DNA of 64,000 nt, taken from positions 10,421,660 through 10,485,659 of the forward strand of contig OZ316893.1 of the NCBI GenBank assembly GCA_973895155.1, given 5' to 3'. This DNA comes from Marsupella aquatica (lineage: Eukaryota > Plantae > Marchantiophyta). Every line of letters begins with the position of its first letter. Position 1 is the first letter of the stretch. Made by a program: the position numbers and the translations under genes. Shown in pieces: positions 63,047 to 64,000 of this stretch. The notes under the pieces were generated by a model, which was not told where the DNA came from, did not search any database, and saw only the letters and a program-made list of their open reading frames with translations.

Positions 63047-63413
63047 TGTGCAAACAGAACATTCATTTCACAAACCATTGCACACATTGTATGTCTGATC
63101 ACGATATTTATTCATATGGCCTGGACCAGATATTCCAGCTACAACTTACTGCTCATTGCATCGTCAATGCATTGCGATTTAATGTACTTTGCAACCTCAT
63201 ATGAGATGAATGACTAGGTTGTCGTGGCATTCATAAACTCACATTCCAGAAATCCATTGAAGTCCTTCAATTTTGCACAAGTAAAAGGTATGGTGGAGAA
63301 ATTTATATAAATAAAGTCAAATACAATTCCTCCGAACTAGAGACTGTGTACGTCAGACTTGGCCCTGTCTAATGTGTACCCTCACTCAAGTCCTCACTCT
63401 ATCACTCGGAGTG

Positions 63414-64000
63414 TCACTCCTCATCGTCGTCACCTCTAATCTGCCATAGATGTTCAACCAGGTCATCTCGAAGTTGGTTTGCATTTGTTGTATTGGCGAT
63501 AAGCCCCATATTGTGAGTCAGTCCTGCAAAAGAGACACGAGGTCGTGGCCTGTGTTGCCACTGGACATCATTTCTATCGAACAGATAATCATGTGTCAAG
63601 TCAAATTCATCAGCCTCGTCCTCAATGATCATATTGTGCATGATGATTGCAGCTTTCCAGATCAATGTCATTTGATCTCTACTCCACCATCGTGCTGGGT
63701 TCTTAACCATTGTGAATCTGGCCTGCAAGACACCAAAGCATCGTTCTACATCCTTCCGCACTGATTCTTGTCTCTTGGCATACCATTTCCTTTTGGCTCC
63801 TTGGGGATCTGCAATAGTCTTCATGAAGATTGTGTAATCTGGATAGATTCCATCAGTCTGCAAGAAGATAGAACATTTTGTAGTCATGCCTGTAAACAGA
63901 GAAGGCAACATTGGGAGCCACTCCATTCAACAAGTTGACCAGCAATGGAGATCTATCAATGATGTTGATGTCATTGTTTGATCCTGGAATTCCAGCAAAT
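63414..64000 (-). pseudogene. PIF/Harbinger DDE transposase, C-terminal part
   Basis: GSNNDINI, DGIYP, QESVRKDVERCFGVLQARF, IIMHNMIIEDE, LRDDLVEHLW. Frameshift from an apparent 4-bp insertion near 63857. Confidence 0.9.

Larger units (their letters stand above)
61440..64000. mobile_element. PIF/Harbinger transposon; right end outside the window
   Basis: TTA target (61437-61439) followed by TIR GAGCATCTCCAAC; convergent Myb-like ORF and DDE transposase. Confidence 0.9.

Overview
Eukaryotic, land-plant-type genomic DNA (GT-AG introns, TTTAGGG tracts, plant TE families; an early-diverging land plant is my guess, not shown). It holds one clear host gene, an intronless GRAS transcription factor resembling RAM1 (40010-42190, -), surrounded by nested transposons. 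The main result is two related CACTA/EnSpm elements that each carry a methyltransferase-type cargo at a transposase intron position. CACTA-1 (left end outside the window, right TIR ending at 6671) carries a 3-exon gene fusing a ParB/Srx-like domain to a prokaryote-type beta-class amino (N6A/N4C) DNA methyltransferase; tandem palindromes precede it and this copy is disabled by a stop and a frameshift. CACTA-2 (47443-57171, complete, TSD TGC/TGT) carries an intact SET-domain exon in transposase intron 1 that can share the zinc-finger first exon by alternative splicing, plus a divergent TnpA-like gene. Also present: an older CACTA remnant, a large retroelement-like coiled-coil ORF, a truncated Copia interrupted by a chimeric, internally inverted Copia insertion (TSD GAATC), a TPR fragment, a Mutator-like MITE (9-bp TSD), a PIF/Harbinger element running off the right edge, and several tandem repeats. 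All domain calls are by-eye motif recognition; no searches were run.
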